From Chiloscyllium plagiosum (lineage: Eukaryota): 21,714 nt of DNA. The position numbers and the translations under genes were made by a program. The stretch is taken from NCBI RefSeq assembly GCF_004010195.1, contig NC_057758.1, positions 1,570,927 through 1,592,640 of the forward strand. Direction: 5' to 3'. The notes beneath the pieces are model-generated. The model saw only the letters and a list, made by a program, of their open reading frames with translations, made no database searches and had not been told where the DNA came from. This document shows positions 20,700 to 21,714 of this stretch, piece after piece. The stretch's first letter is position 1, and every line of letters begins with the position of its first letter.

Positions 20700-20960
20700 G
20701 CAGTTCAGAGAAATTCAATTGGATTATCGCTGGTATGAAGGCACTGTACTGTTAACAAATTAAACTAAGCAGGTTGAAAGCTTGCTCACTGGAGTTTACA
20801 AAAATGTGTAGTTATCTCAATGAAAGAAAAAATACTCATAAGTGGTGTGACCTGAAAATATAAAGAGTATTTTCCATTTCATAGTAGCGTCAAAGACAAC
20901 TGGGCAGCCTCTTGGAACAACGGATTGATAACTGAGGAGGGATTTCTTCCTAGAGAGTTG
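20700..20960 (+). mobile_element. Heavily decayed CR1 ORF2 C-terminal fragment
   Basis: aggttg...ctcactggagtttacaaaaatgtgtagttatctcaatgaaa resembles the RL...SLEFRRMRGDLIE region seen intact at ~15960-16030. Confidence 0.4.
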
Positions 20961-21071
20961 AGTCTTTGATCTAATTTGAGTTGATGTATTGTCATGTACA
21001 GTGAAAACTTTGCTTGACAACAGTGAAGGCAGACCATTGAAAACAAGGACATGGACATCACAGGTGAAAAA

Positions 21072-21503
21072 AAGGTGACAGAATAAGGCGTACAGGTTGC
21101 ATTACACAGAGCATGCGTGAGGCAAGGAAAAGGTGAACGAGACCAACATGAATTGAAATTAGAAACTTTTCGTCATCCTAGTAACGGCAGAGAAGGAGCT
21201 GTTCTTGAAAACGCTGGTGTGTGTGTTCAAATTTGAATCTCATTATCATGGAGAGGTTACATAGAACATAGAACATAGAAGAATACAAAGGTGACAGAAT
21301 AAGGCGTACAGGTTGCATTACACAGAGCATGCGTGAGGCAAGGAAAAGGTGAACGAGACCAACATGAATTGAAATTAGAAACTTTTCGTCATCCTAGTAA
21401 CGGCAGAGAAGGAGCTGTTCTTGAAAACGCTGGTGTGTGTGTTCAAATTTGAATCTCATTATCATGGAGAGGTTACATAGAACATAGAACATAGAAGAAT
21501 ACA
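21072..21503. repeat. Perfect direct tandem duplication, 2 x 216 bp
   Basis: 21072-21287 is identical to 21288-21503 by direct comparison. Confidence 0.97.
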
Positions 21504-21714
21504 GCGCAGTACAGGCCCTTCGGCCCTCGATGTTGCGCCGATCCAAGCCCACCTAAACTACACTAGCCCACTATCCTCCATATGCCTATCCAATGCCCGC
21601 TTAAATGCCCATAATGAGGGAGAGTCCACCACTGCTACTGGCAGGGCATTCCATGAACTCACGACTCGCTGAGTAAAGAACCTACCCCTAACATCTGTCC
21701 TATACCTACCCCAC
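21476..21714 (-). mobile_element. Young CR1 LINE 3' end, continuing off the window
   Basis: A (CATAGAA)3 tail is followed by an intact 3' stem-loop (21504-21538). The minus strand reads RYRTDVRGRFFTQRVVSSWNALP, the CR1 ORF2 C-terminus. Confidence 0.92.

Noticed and set aside
21072..21503. CRISPR array or LTR pair
   Set aside because: There are only two abutting copies, with no spacers, no internal region and no TG...CA/PBS/PPT arrangement.

Overview
This window is eukaryotic, repeat-rich genomic DNA from a draft assembly with two N gaps. The repeat families (tRNA-derived V-SINEs of the HE1 type, CR1-clade LINEs with GTTCTAT tails, Penelope-like elements) and the receptor type point to a cartilaginous fish, probably a shark; this is inference. 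The one credible host gene is an intact two-exon class A GPCR of the GPR139/GPR142-like group on the + strand (18529-18598 joined to 19177-20081, 324 aa). Most of the rest is layered retroelements. A young 5'-truncated CR1 LINE (8030-9807) with an exact 7-bp target-site duplication sits antisense inside an older, near full-length CR1 ORF2 and is itself interrupted by an antisense SINE. There is also a second young CR1 copy (15061-16330), several decayed CR1 pieces, three V-SINEs, and Penelope-like remnants carrying degenerate minimal hammerhead-ribozyme motifs. Other oddities are out-of-order templated duplications inside one decayed LINE and a perfect 216-bp tandem duplication near the right end. 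Family names come from remembered motifs, not database searches, and boundaries of decayed repeats are approximate. I do not see a demonstrably new biological system; the best leads are the atypical orphan GPCR and the hammerhead-like motifs.
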